Source: Candidatus Helarchaeota archaeon (GTDB lineage: Archaea; Asgardarchaeota; Lokiarchaeia; Helarchaeales; RDOG01). From it: a stretch of DNA of 64,000 nt. The stretch spans positions 30,357 to 94,356 of the forward strand of contig JALGVI010000012.1 of NCBI GenBank assembly GCA_029838215.1, written 5' to 3'. A model generated the notes under the pieces. The model was not told the DNA's origin. It made no database searches and was given only the letters and a program-made list of their open reading frames with translations. Below, piece by piece: positions 28,987 to 38,724 of the stretch (positions within the stretch are counted from its first letter, which is position 1; each line of letters starts with the position of its first letter). A program made the position numbers and the translations under genes.

Positions 28987-29358
28987 GATAATCACTTCAG
29001 AACATGTTTTTTCTTAAGAAGTCCTATATTATTCTATTCGAAAATCCAATTTAAACAATTTGTCAAAAAGTTGTTTATATTCTTTTTTGCGTGTCGAAGT
29101 TGTTTTTTAAGGATTGGCAAGCAAGGACAAATTACCATGAATATTTTTCATTTAAGACCGAATATCAAGCTTTAACTTGATGATATTTTCATGTATTCTT
29201 CAAATGAGCCGACATGTATTTAAAAAAATTCTTAGGATGGTGAATTTTAACATGAAATCCCGTGGTTGAAAAAGATCTCACGTTTCTTTGAAGTTTAATT
29301 TATATTTGATGATGTCCAATATATTAGTGAATTAACGGCTTTTCGGAGTCCACCGATC

Positions 29359-30240
29359 ATGTCAGTAACAGTGTTAAATTTTAACCAGATATTGGATGAC
29401 TGGGACGTGTTTGAGTCCATATTGCTCGAATTAAATGACTTTGATTCGGTAATTGAAGTAAAGCAAATCTCTCATCCAGAGGATTTTCTAAGCATCGAGC
29501 GAATAAATGATAATGGATACAAGTTGACAACGAGTTTCACGATTCTGATTCTTAGTGAATACCAGTCTTTGATTCAAAATGCACGGCTGGCACTTTTACA
29601 TGAATTGGGATTTGTTTTGGATGATGATGTTAAATTTTCTCAGGAAAGCAAGGCAATTTGGTTGAAATGTCAAAAAATCGTAAAAACACCTGAAGAAGCA
29701 ATTTCGACCTTGCAGGATTTGGGAAAAAGACTCAGGTCCTTTCGCGTGATGGTTGAATTCAAGGAAGGTGCCACGTACTTTTACTCTGATGGCATGCTTC
29801 GTGAAATGTTTCCGGGTCTGGAGATGGGTAAACATCCACAGAATCACTTGGTGAAATCCATCGTGGATACTCTTATCGAATCATATATCAAAGATTTTCG
29901 TCAAGGCGTTCCGGAGTTCGATTGTGGAAAGAGAGTAGCAGCACGACTTGTTGAGGACTTGGAAAAACACGAAAAGATGAAATCAGCCAAGGAGCGCATC
30001 TCTTGGTATCCAGAAAAACTCTACCGCATGTTGCGAGAGGACAAGAAACTAAAGAAATATGAACGGATCTCAAACGAATTATATGAATTCATTTCCATTG
30101 TGCCTTACACGGGTCCTGGAAAGAGAAAAGAGGGTGCAACGTGTGGCATGGCATATCAAATCAAGAAAGAAAATAAGTACATAATGACAAAATTAAAAGA
30201 AAGTGGAATAAACCTCCGGATTATTTTTCCAGGAGGATGA
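29359..30240 (+). CDS. Hypothetical protein ending in GG
   Basis: 293-aa ORF divergent from the Ubl gene. Confidence 0.7.
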   Translation: MSVTVLNFNQILDDWDVFESILLELNDFDSVIEVKQISHPEDFLSIERINDNGYKLTTSFTILILSEYQSLIQNARLALLHELGFVLDDDVKFSQESKAIWLKCQKIVKTPEEAISTLQDLGKRLRSFRVMVEFKEGATYFYSDGMLREMFPGLEMGKHPQNHLVKSIVDTLIESYIKDFRQGVPEFDCGKRVAARLVEDLEKHEKMKSAKERISWYPEKLYRMLREDKKLKKYERISNELYEFISIVPYTGPGKRKEGATCGMAYQIKKENKYIMTKLKESGINLRIIFPGG

Positions 30241-30248
30241 AACAGCTG

Positions 30249-33143
30249 TTACTGAGCTGCTTTCTTTAGACGATCAGTCCAATCTTTTATTTTTTGATGT
30301 AATCGGTCGTGATATTGGTCTTCAAGCTGAGAGTCTAAACCCATTTTTTTCAAATTTCGAACCCAACTATTCATTTCATAAATGCTAACGTGCCAGCGGA
30401 GTCGTGCGCTTATCTCTCGTTTACACTCTTCCAGAGCGTCAATTATGTCAATGACATTTCTAGATTCAACAGCTTTCAGTAGAAGATTCATTATATCATC
30501 GATGCTGATGGTTTCGCTTTCAGCCTTTTCGGGCTCTACAGTCATAGGTTTTTTTACGGCAGGAGTTGGTCGGGGTTCTGGTGGTGGCTCCGTGCTGATG
30601 ATCACCTTACTACCCTTAAGCCAACAATCTTCAAGAATTGGCACGAACATTTTTTGGTGCTCTCCCACCACGCTTGCAATCCCTGCCACGTCTCCTGCTT
30701 CAGATACGGCTCCGATTAGGACTTCTTCATTTTCTCTTGCAATTCCCCAAATGTTTTCATCCCGATAATCTCTTAGTTCTAATCGATCAAGACCCGCAAG
30801 TCGTTTTAACAACTCTTTACATTCAGAAGTATTCTCGATGTGCGTTGCAATGCGAACGGCAATATGCTTTTTAATCTTGAGTAAATTAATGATTGGGAAA
30901 AGATCGATATCTCTGAGCTTTGGGGCAATAATTAAAAAGCGTGCCTTGACTCTGCTTGCCGTTTCATTTATTTGTGCAATGGTTGCCTCGCGTCCCATTA
31001 CAAACCACACGTCTTGGAACCGGTAAGTCATTAAACTTTTAGCCTGCTCCCACAATGCCATCATGGTTTCTTGGGAATTGGTAACGCGCTCTTCGACATT
31101 ATCCAAGAGACTTCGCAGGCTTTCCACCACGCGTTCACCATACATCTTTCGCATGTTTTCAATACTTTGTGTCATGGTCTGGCTGGCACTACCCACTTTC
31201 GCTTCTACTTTCTCTAGGGTTTCTCGTGCCGTTTCCACGACATCACGTTCGAGTTTTTCTCTTAACTGCGTGAAGCTGGTTGTCATGACTTGAGACGCTT
31301 CATCAACTTTTGATTCAACGTCAGATAAAATCTTGACCACTGCCGTCACAATGTCCTTGTTTAGCCAAGCTCCCAGTTCTTTGAATTCATCTTCAATTAT
31401 TTTAGTTCCTTTTCCTGCACTCTTTTCGACTTCATCAAGAATCTTTTTCATTTCTTCGATAATCGAGCTTGAGAACCAAACTTTCAGATTATCCAAACCT
31501 TTTTCAAAGGATTCTGCAGATTTTCGTGCACCACCTTCGACTTGTTCGAGTGCTTGCGTGAATTGGTTGATCACTTCAGCTTGGAACCATTCATGGAGTT
31601 TCTTGATTCCTGTTTCAATGTTCTCATTAGCCTTTTTTGCACCCTGGTCAATGACATCTAGAGCCTTCGTGAGGTTTTGCACGACTTCTTCTTGAACCCA
31701 AGTGCCCATTTGTTTGACACCTTTTTGTACGGCTTTTGATGCATGTTCGGCACTAACTTCGACTTCAATTAGCGTGTTCTTGAACCCTTGCAAGACTTCT
31801 TCTTCTAACCATTGTTTCACGCGTTGAAATTCTTGTGTCACGCTCGTGCTTGCATTTGTAACCTGATTCAATACAGTATCAAGAAGACTTTCTGCAGCAG
31901 ATAATACGATTCCTTCAAATGAAACGCGAAGTTTTTCCAGCTCTTCCATGACGGCTTCATTTATGAATGAATTAATAAATTCACCAAAAATATCACCCAT
32001 TATTGCCATCCATTCGCCAGATTGAGCATTTGCCGTGGAATATATTTTTTCCTTTAATCCCTGGATTTCATCTTTAAACTTATCAAATTGCGTTCCTAAA
32101 CGTTCGGGTAATTCCTTTTTCATCTTCACGAGAAAATTTCGAAATGTTGAGAGTTCACTTACTTTATTAATTTGGTCCTTAAACCCTTCAAATTCCTTCA
32201 TTAGCCGGTTTGGGACATCGAATTGCAAGCCCGAACAGAATTTTAATAAGTCATCGACACCGCTCACTTTCATGATGGAATCTTCTATGTTCTTGAATTG
32301 AGCTTCAATCTGAGAAGGGATTTGTTCTTTAATTGATCCCGTGAATTTACTCAATTCATCGATTCCTGAAATGCCGCGAAACTCATTTTCTATTCCCTTT
32401 AATCGATCCATTAAAGCCCTCGGTATCTCTTCCTTCGCCTTCTGGGTGAAAGATAACAAGTCTTCAATTCCGCTTACTTGTTTTGTTTGCGTTTCTATCC
32501 CTTGAAACTCGTTTGCAAGACGCACCGGGACTTCTTCTTTTAATGATCGTGCGTATTGCTTGAATTCATTCAAGCCAGATATTGAAAGGATCTCATCTTC
32601 AATGATTTTAAAACGTTCATTCAGGCGTTGTGGGATTGTTTCTTTTTGTTGAGAAATAAATGCTCCAAAATCTGTTAAAGCAGAAAACTTCTCGAATTCT
32701 TCTTCAAATGCCTTGAACTGATTTATGAGAGCATTCGGAACTTCATCTCGAATCAACTTAACATATTTGAGAAAATCGTCCAATCCCGTGAGTTCCCCAA
32801 CTTGATCCACGAAATCGTTGAATTGAGAATTCAACTGGGGAGGAACCTCTGCCTTCAGGTCTTGAATCATGGTATTGAATTCATCTAACTGTTTCAACAA
32901 TGCTGAATAAGGAGGAATTGCTTGATATCGCGCTTGAAGGCCAGGAATGGTTTTAATTAATCCCAACGTTACTAGCTTTTTGACAATAACCTCTGCGTCA
33001 TCTTCAGGAACCTGCGCGTGTATGGCCACTTCTCCAACAGAAAAAGGTCCGCGTCCCGTCACGCTCATGTATGCTTTTGCTTCTATGTCAGATAAACCCA
33101 ATTCTAAAAGAGCTTTTGAACTGACATCTTTTTTTTCAGTCAT
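30249..33143 (-). CDS. TrmB-like HTH protein with about 600 aa of helical repeats, a PLD-like TrmB effector domain and a C-terminal helical domain
   Basis: LGLSDIEAKAY...RYQAIPP TrmB N-terminus; repeat arrays; FLIIAP...WGIARENEEVLIG effector-like domain. Confidence 0.8.
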   Translation of the reverse strand: MTEKKDVSSKALLELGLSDIEAKAYMSVTGRGPFSVGEVAIHAQVPEDDAEVIVKKLVTLGLIKTIPGLQARYQAIPPYSALLKQLDEFNTMIQDLKAEVPPQLNSQFNDFVDQVGELTGLDDFLKYVKLIRDEVPNALINQFKAFEEEFEKFSALTDFGAFISQQKETIPQRLNERFKIIEDEILSISGLNEFKQYARSLKEEVPVRLANEFQGIETQTKQVSGIEDLLSFTQKAKEEIPRALMDRLKGIENEFRGISGIDELSKFTGSIKEQIPSQIEAQFKNIEDSIMKVSGVDDLLKFCSGLQFDVPNRLMKEFEGFKDQINKVSELSTFRNFLVKMKKELPERLGTQFDKFKDEIQGLKEKIYSTANAQSGEWMAIMGDIFGEFINSFINEAVMEELEKLRVSFEGIVLSAAESLLDTVLNQVTNASTSVTQEFQRVKQWLEEEVLQGFKNTLIEVEVSAEHASKAVQKGVKQMGTWVQEEVVQNLTKALDVIDQGAKKANENIETGIKKLHEWFQAEVINQFTQALEQVEGGARKSAESFEKGLDNLKVWFSSSIIEEMKKILDEVEKSAGKGTKIIEDEFKELGAWLNKDIVTAVVKILSDVESKVDEASQVMTTSFTQLREKLERDVVETARETLEKVEAKVGSASQTMTQSIENMRKMYGERVVESLRSLLDNVEERVTNSQETMMALWEQAKSLMTYRFQDVWFVMGREATIAQINETASRVKARFLIIAPKLRDIDLFPIINLLKIKKHIAVRIATHIENTSECKELLKRLAGLDRLELRDYRDENIWGIARENEEVLIGAVSEAGDVAGIASVVGEHQKMFVPILEDCWLKGSKVIISTEPPPEPRPTPAVKKPMTVEPEKAESETISIDDIMNLLLKAVESRNVIDIIDALEECKREISARLRWHVSIYEMNSWVRNLKKMGLDSQLEDQYHDRLHQKIKDWTDRLKKAAQ
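31035..31922 (-). repeat. Eight 37-aa protein repeats (aa 408-703), five beginning with Trp
   Basis: WLEEEV, WVQEEV, WFQAEV, WFSSSI, WLNKDI at an exact 37-aa spacing, with flanking units in the same register. Confidence 0.88.
32058..32792 (-). repeat. Seven 35-aa protein repeats (aa 118-362) with an invariant Pro at position 19
   Basis: LTGLDDF..VP, FSALTDF..IP, ISGLNEF..VP, VSGIEDL..IP, ISGIDEL..IP, VSGVDDL..VP, VSELSTF..LP, each exactly 35 aa. Confidence 0.9.
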
Positions 33144-33347
33144 ATTCTTTCACATCCGCCTTCTTTTCCATTTCCTTTCTAACATGGGTGAAAAATTCCA
33201 TTCTCAAGTCTAAATAAAAGATCATTCAGTAATTCAATTCGAAATTCTACTTTGATTCAAGAAGTTTTTATTTTTTTCCCTCAGAATTTTTTAATTTTTA
33301 ATCAAACTTGACCTAAAATGAAAAATTCACCAACTCTCGTGAAATAA

Positions 33348-33533
33348 TCATTGATTATTATCCTTAAGTCCCATCATTCGTCGTTTTATCCTTCTCCGGT
33401 AAATTCCATATTTATCTTCCAAGGAAAATTTAATAGGTCGAGGATTGGCGGTCGGTGCACCACAGAATGGACAGATTTTCTTTCTCATCGTATATTGATT
33501 GCATTTCGTGCATTTCTGAAGGATCTTTCCCAC
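33348..33533 (-). CDS. nop10: H/ACA RNP protein Nop10
   Basis: KCTKCNQYTMRKKICPFCG...PIKFSLEDKYGIYRR. Confidence 0.93.
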   Translation of the reverse strand: MGKILQKCTKCNQYTMRKKICPFCGAPTANPRPIKFSLEDKYGIYRRRIKRRMMGLKDNNQ

Positions 33534-33674
33534 TTGAAATTCACCAGACCGGAATAATGAATATTTTTAGATATTCCTAAAACTAAATAAATAATATTAT
33601 CACCGAAATTAAAATTTTAAATAGGATCATTTGGTAAATCGTTAGAGGAAAACAGCTTACGGGGCTTTTGTCCA

Positions 33675-34781
33675 ATGGCACGAGGAATATCTGTAATCAA
33701 ATGGGATGATAAAATAGGAGCGTTTTTAACCTTCCAACATCCATTAGATTTCGAAATAAGTGTCGATGATGTGATGTCGATTTATAACATCCACCGACAA
33801 AACACGTTAGAACCTAATTTTGGCACTCTTTCGAAAGGTAACATTCGCGTGGCAAGTTTTTTCACGGGATTGAAGACAACTAAATATTTGGGTGCTCCGA
33901 ATTTCACGGTGAGTCTCTTTTTAGATAGTACCGAAAATCCAGTATCATATAGGAAATCACTTCCTAAAAAAACAGTCGAATTCATCAAAAAATATAGTGA
34001 AATCTTGCCTGCGGGCTTAGATAAGATACCCGAAGCAAAGGGGCTAGTAATAGTCCAAAAACAGGCAGATACAAAACCTTTTATAATGATGAGCACTTAT
34101 GCGGAACCGCTCAATTTGACCCAGCAAATGCTCAGTAACATCTACGAACAAACAAATGGAAAGTCAAAACCATATTATTTCAAAGCTGAAATGGGTGAAT
34201 ATCTATTCGCCTGTTATTTCACGGGAAGAGGAAATAAAAAGATCATCTTGGACAGTGCTATCTTAGTCTACATACTTGACAAAAAATTCTCGGCAATGTC
34301 CGATATGAAATCACACGTCCCACAGATTTCTTTTGAGATTCTGATGAATTTTTCAACTCTTCTTGCAGAAACTCTTAACCAAATTAATGAATCCGAATTA
34401 CAATCCATCATGACGGAGTTTCAGGATTTTGGCGACATTAGCATTACTGAAGAAAAGGAAGAAACGGAAGAGATCTCACTCGGTGACATGGTCGAAAAAT
34501 TAGAACTGAAATCACAGGTAGAAAACCTGGAAACGCAATTGGACGAAACCCTGAAGGAAAAAGAAAAGAATGTCATGATGCTTGAAGGAACAAGAGAAGC
34601 AACGGAACATTTAGTAGAACAAATCACGAAAGTTCAAGGTGAACTGATTGAATCCATGAGCACGATTCAAGCCCAAAAGAATGAGATCCTAGACTTGAGA
34701 ACCAAGCTTCACGAAAAAGAAGAACAGATTCGCAAGTTATTAGCCATAATTCGTTCGTTGCGGAATTACGTGTCGTATTAA
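33675..34781 (+). CDS. Tandem longin/uDENN-like domains plus C-terminal coiled coil
   Basis: Two internally similar ~105-aa domains sharing xG...IY...P...(F/Y)FTG; heptad-rich tail. Confidence 0.6.
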   Translation: MARGISVIKWDDKIGAFLTFQHPLDFEISVDDVMSIYNIHRQNTLEPNFGTLSKGNIRVASFFTGLKTTKYLGAPNFTVSLFLDSTENPVSYRKSLPKKTVEFIKKYSEILPAGLDKIPEAKGLVIVQKQADTKPFIMMSTYAEPLNLTQQMLSNIYEQTNGKSKPYYFKAEMGEYLFACYFTGRGNKKIILDSAILVYILDKKFSAMSDMKSHVPQISFEILMNFSTLLAETLNQINESELQSIMTEFQDFGDISITEEKEETEEISLGDMVEKLELKSQVENLETQLDETLKEKEKNVMMLEGTREATEHLVEQITKVQGELIESMSTIQAQKNEILDLRTKLHEKEEQIRKLLAIIRSLRNYVSY

Positions 34782-34847
34782 AAAAATATAACTTGGGAGA
34801 TGTTTAGAAGGAAAGATTTTCTCCACTAAATCCCAGTATTTTTCAAC

Positions 34848-35132
34848 TCATTTTTTCTTTATCGTTATTTCTATTGCAGAAACGGAAAAATTACCACGAT
34901 CTCTACTTTCGATTGTTTCGGTGCTAATGTCGATCTTATCAATGGCAATTTGATCTTTCATGAAACGATTTTTTAGAATCTCGCTGACATCTACTGCCCT
35001 CGAAATAGAGCGACCTCGAGCTTTTAAAATGACCTCTGTTGCATCTCCCTGAAATAGGGTAATGCAAGCCATTACGTAGTTCATGGTATCCTTTCTACCT
35101 ATGAAAATGACGTTATCTTTTTCTTCAGACAA
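34848..35132 (-). CDS. albA: DNA/RNA-binding protein Alba
   Basis: VIFIGRKDTMNYV...LKARGRSISRAVDV...VSAIEI. Confidence 0.96.
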   Translation of the reverse strand: MSEEKDNVIFIGRKDTMNYVMACITLFQGDATEVILKARGRSISRAVDVSEILKNRFMKDQIAIDKIDISTETIESRDRGNFSVSAIEITIKKK

Positions 35133-35308
35133 ATTTTAACACCCCTTTTTTCGTTTTTCCCGTTATCGTGTTCAAATTAATGTCGTAGTCTGTCATTGTT
35201 CATGAGTAAGACATGAATATTTAAAATGACAAGAGATAAAAATATTATCAAAATTTACTTGTCTTGAAATTGATAAATAGGTACCGAATAAGTCGTGTTA
35301 AGGGATTT

Positions 35309-36091
35309 ATGATGGACTTGAATCTAAAAAATAGAATAGTTCTTGTCACTGGTGGTGCGAGTGGCATAGGAAAACGAATATGTCTTGATTTTGCATCAGA
35401 AGGAGCAAATGTCGTTATTGCAGATATTAATGAAGCAGGTGCAAAAGCAGTTGCAGAAGAAGTTCGAAATAGTGCCGTGAAAGCTATTGCAGTTAAGTGT
35501 GACGTGACAAAAACGGATGAAGTAAAAAATGCCGTCAAGAAATGCATTGATGAATTCAATCGATTAGATATTCTCGTCTGCAACGCGGGTATCATTCGGG
35601 ATGCAATGATCCACAAAATGCCCGAAGAAAACTATGACCTCGTCATGGACATTAACCTAAAGGGTTATTGGAGATTTTGCAAGGAAGTTGTTCCAATAAT
35701 GAAAAAGCAACGGTATGGCAAGATCATCATGATAAGTTCAATGGCATACCTTGGCTCGCGTGGACAATCAAATTATTCGCCAGCGAAAGCAGGCGTGGTT
35801 GCGTTATGTAAGACCTTGGCCCAAGAAGTAGGTTATGTCGGCGTCAATGTCAATGTAATAGCACCAGGTTTAATCGTAACACCATTAACTGAAGAATTTG
35901 CAAGCAATAAAGAACAAAGAACACGAATAGAAAAAGGATTAGTGTTGCAGCGGCAACCAGAACTCGGTCCAAAATTAGGGACTCCCGAGGATATTTCTAA
36001 TTTGACACTGTTCTTAGCATCTGATCGAAGTTCATACATCACGGCGGACGTTTTTCACGTCAGTGCAGGGCGAAAGATCGCAGGTGCTTAG
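35309..36091 (+). CDS. fabG: Short-chain dehydrogenase/reductase (FabG-like)
   Basis: TGGASGIG, CNAG, YSPAK, VNVIAPG. Confidence 0.9.
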   Translation: MMDLNLKNRIVLVTGGASGIGKRICLDFASEGANVVIADINEAGAKAVAEEVRNSAVKAIAVKCDVTKTDEVKNAVKKCIDEFNRLDILVCNAGIIRDAMIHKMPEENYDLVMDINLKGYWRFCKEVVPIMKKQRYGKIIMISSMAYLGSRGQSNYSPAKAGVVALCKTLAQEVGYVGVNVNVIAPGLIVTPLTEEFASNKEQRTRIEKGLVLQRQPELGPKLGTPEDISNLTLFLASDRSSYITADVFHVSAGRKIAGA

Positions 36092-36184
36092 CCGCTCTTT
36101 TTTTTCATATATTCAATCGTGAAAAAAACACCAAATGAGTAATTTTAATTAGATGACTTGTAGAGATTTGTTCAGGTTTGTTAG

Positions 36185-37768
36185 ATGAAAAAGAAGATCA
36201 TTATTCCCGAACCATTAGATTCTGAAGCAATTGAAGAATTTAAGCACAGAAATGGTTTTGAATTGAAGATTCTCGATAGACCAAGCCGAGACGTGCTCAT
36301 GAAAGAGATTCGTGATGCAAGTGGCTTGATCGTGCGAAGCAAGACCAAAGTGGACAAAGAATTGCTTTCAATTGCAGAGAACTTGGAAGTTGTTGGTCGC
36401 GCGGGAGTGGGTACGGATAATATTGACGTTGATTTTGCAGAAGCGCGGGGCATTCTTGTCATAAATGCTCCAGAGGAGAGTTTGGATAGCGTGGCTGACC
36501 TGACATTGGGCTTAATTTTGGGTATTTGTCGAAAAATTAACCTTGCCATATTTCGAACGTGTAAGGGCGATTTTAATCGTAAAGGTTTGGTAGGGTTTGA
36601 GCTTCAAGGTAAGACTTTAGGCATTCTCGGCTTTGGAAGAATTGGTCGAAAGGTCGCCCGCCGAGCAAAAGCATTCGGGTTGAAGATCATCACTCATGAC
36701 CCTTATATCTCCGGTAAAATACAGAGAACACCCGGTGTAGAATTTGTTTCGTTTAAGGAGCTCCTGCAGAATTCGGACATTATTTCCATTCACGTTCCTT
36801 TGAACAAAAAAACGAAACACTTGATTTCTCATGAAGAATTCGCTCTCATGAAGGATGGCGTGTTCATTATCAACACTTCCCGTGGAGAAGTCGTGAACAC
36901 GGACGCTCTCTTTAGTGCTTTACAATCGAAAAAAGTTGCAGGTGCAGGTCTTGACGTCGTGGAAGAAGAATCAGAAAGATGTATCTTGATCGACCATCCA
37001 AATGTCATTATCACGCCACATATCGGAGCCTCCACATTTGATGCTCAAAAAAATGTAAGTTGGAAAATACTTGAAGGAGTATTTGACGTGTTGCACGGAC
37101 GTGAGCCAGTATATCCTGTGAATTTCCCAAAATTGTCTGAAGACATCAGGCAGATTTACACACCATTTAGAGAACTCATAATCATCCTTGCTCGGTTATT
37201 AGTGGTTCTGAATCAGGAGGCTTTTAATCAGATCCAATTAAATTTTCCTGAGGCACTTCCAACAGACCTCATTCGAACACTTTCAAGGGATTTTCTTGCG
37301 ATTTTCTTGGAACCGCTGGTAAGCACGCGAATTAATGCCATAAACTCAATGAAGATTGCCGAGGATAGGCAGATCCAGATCGTTGAATCAATCAGGATCG
37401 GAAAGGATTTCGAGAAGGAAATTAAAATTCAAGTAAAGAATAACAAGAAATCAAACACGCAAATTGCCGGAATGATCGATTCTCTAAATAACATTCACAT
37501 CACGATGATTGATGAGTTTATGCTTGATTTCATTCCTCGAGGTAACATATTTCTCATCCATTATGAAGACATGCCGGGAATGATTGGCAAATTCTCCACA
37601 TTTTTGGGGAAAAATAACATAAATATTGCTGAACTACAGGTCGCACAAAATAGGGCATTAAAGACTCAATTAATGATGTTGAAAACGGATGAAAAGGTTT
37701 CCGGGACAATCATAGATGAAATGAAAAAGATAGAGGGAACCAGATTTCTTTCCTACTATGAATTATGA
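36185..37768 (+). CDS. serA: D-3-phosphoglycerate dehydrogenase with ACT domain
   Basis: GRAGVGTDN, GFGRIG, NTSRG, TPHIGAST; C-terminal DMPGMIG ACT domain. Confidence 0.93.
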   Translation: MKKKIIIPEPLDSEAIEEFKHRNGFELKILDRPSRDVLMKEIRDASGLIVRSKTKVDKELLSIAENLEVVGRAGVGTDNIDVDFAEARGILVINAPEESLDSVADLTLGLILGICRKINLAIFRTCKGDFNRKGLVGFELQGKTLGILGFGRIGRKVARRAKAFGLKIITHDPYISGKIQRTPGVEFVSFKELLQNSDIISIHVPLNKKTKHLISHEEFALMKDGVFIINTSRGEVVNTDALFSALQSKKVAGAGLDVVEEESERCILIDHPNVIITPHIGASTFDAQKNVSWKILEGVFDVLHGREPVYPVNFPKLSEDIRQIYTPFRELIIILARLLVVLNQEAFNQIQLNFPEALPTDLIRTLSRDFLAIFLEPLVSTRINAINSMKIAEDRQIQIVESIRIGKDFEKEIKIQVKNNKKSNTQIAGMIDSLNNIHITMIDEFMLDFIPRGNIFLIHYEDMPGMIGKFSTFLGKNNINIAELQVAQNRALKTQLMMLKTDEKVSGTIIDEMKKIEGTRFLSYYEL

Positions 37769-37792
37769 GTTAATGAATATCTCCACAAGCAA

Positions 37793-38572
37793 CTACATCT
37801 TAATTTTTTCCTTTATTTCGCGTATTGCTTTCATGTAATCCGCGTCTGGATTGAAATCAATCGGAGCAACGCCATTCAAGTCGGCTTCGACCAATTCGTG
37901 GCTGTATGGAATGATTCCCAATACTTCTAAGTCAAGGGATTTTGCCATTTTCTTAATAAAATTCGCTTCAACTTCGCCTGCGACCTTATTTCCTACCAGA
38001 AATATCCGTTCAGGTAGTACTTTTAATTCCAAAGCCAATTCTTTTATTCGCTTGGCTAATTGTACAGACCTTGAACCAGGCTCTACAACAATTATTACCA
38101 TGTCAACGTGTTTAGTAGTTCCTCGCCCTAGATGTTCGATGCCTGCGACCATGTCCATGATGACAATATCTTTTACATCCAAAACCAGATGTGCCAATAG
38201 TGCCTTTATGAATGCATTTGCCGGGCACATGCAACCTCCTTCCCCTTTTTCAACAGTGCCGATTTTAATCAGGCGGATCCCGTCAGGACCTTCCATTTTA
38301 AACATTTCGGGAATGTCATCAACCTTTGGGTTCAATCGAAACATGCCTCCAGGTAATCCAGCACGCTCTTCAATCAATTTTGTCTGTTCGGAGATGGGTT
38401 TGAATTTTTCAAATTCCTCCTTGGAAATACCCAATGAAGTATAAAGATTCATTGCAGGATCGGCATCAATGGCTAGGACTTTTGTCTCTTTGGCAAATAG
38501 TCTTGCTAAGGTTCCTGCCAGCGTGGTTTTTCCCACGCCTCCTTTACCCGTGACGGCAATTTTTAATCCCAT
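37793..38572 (-). CDS. cooC: CooC-type Ni-insertion ATPase (CODH/ACS maturation)
   Basis: GKGGVGKTT, DADP, GCMCP, DMVAGIEHLGRGT. Confidence 0.92.
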   Translation of the reverse strand: MGLKIAVTGKGGVGKTTLAGTLARLFAKETKVLAIDADPAMNLYTSLGISKEEFEKFKPISEQTKLIEERAGLPGGMFRLNPKVDDIPEMFKMEGPDGIRLIKIGTVEKGEGGCMCPANAFIKALLAHLVLDVKDIVIMDMVAGIEHLGRGTTKHVDMVIIVVEPGSRSVQLAKRIKELALELKVLPERIFLVGNKVAGEVEANFIKKMAKSLDLEVLGIIPYSHELVEADLNGVAPIDFNPDADYMKAIREIKEKIKM

Positions 38573-38724
38573 GTTCGAAACTTCCTCAATTTTTTAAACT
38601 GTTTTCAAATCAACGGCAATTCCTCTTATTTGATAATGAAATTTAAAAGTTATTGGCGAAAAACCGCATTCTCACGTCGATATCTTGCGTGTTTCCTTGA
38701 AAAATAAAGAAAAATGAGAATTTT

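Noticed and set aside
37793-38572. cooC as evidence of a CODH/ACS cluster here
   Set aside because: No cdh/acs structural genes are in the window, and dispersed cooC paralogues are common.
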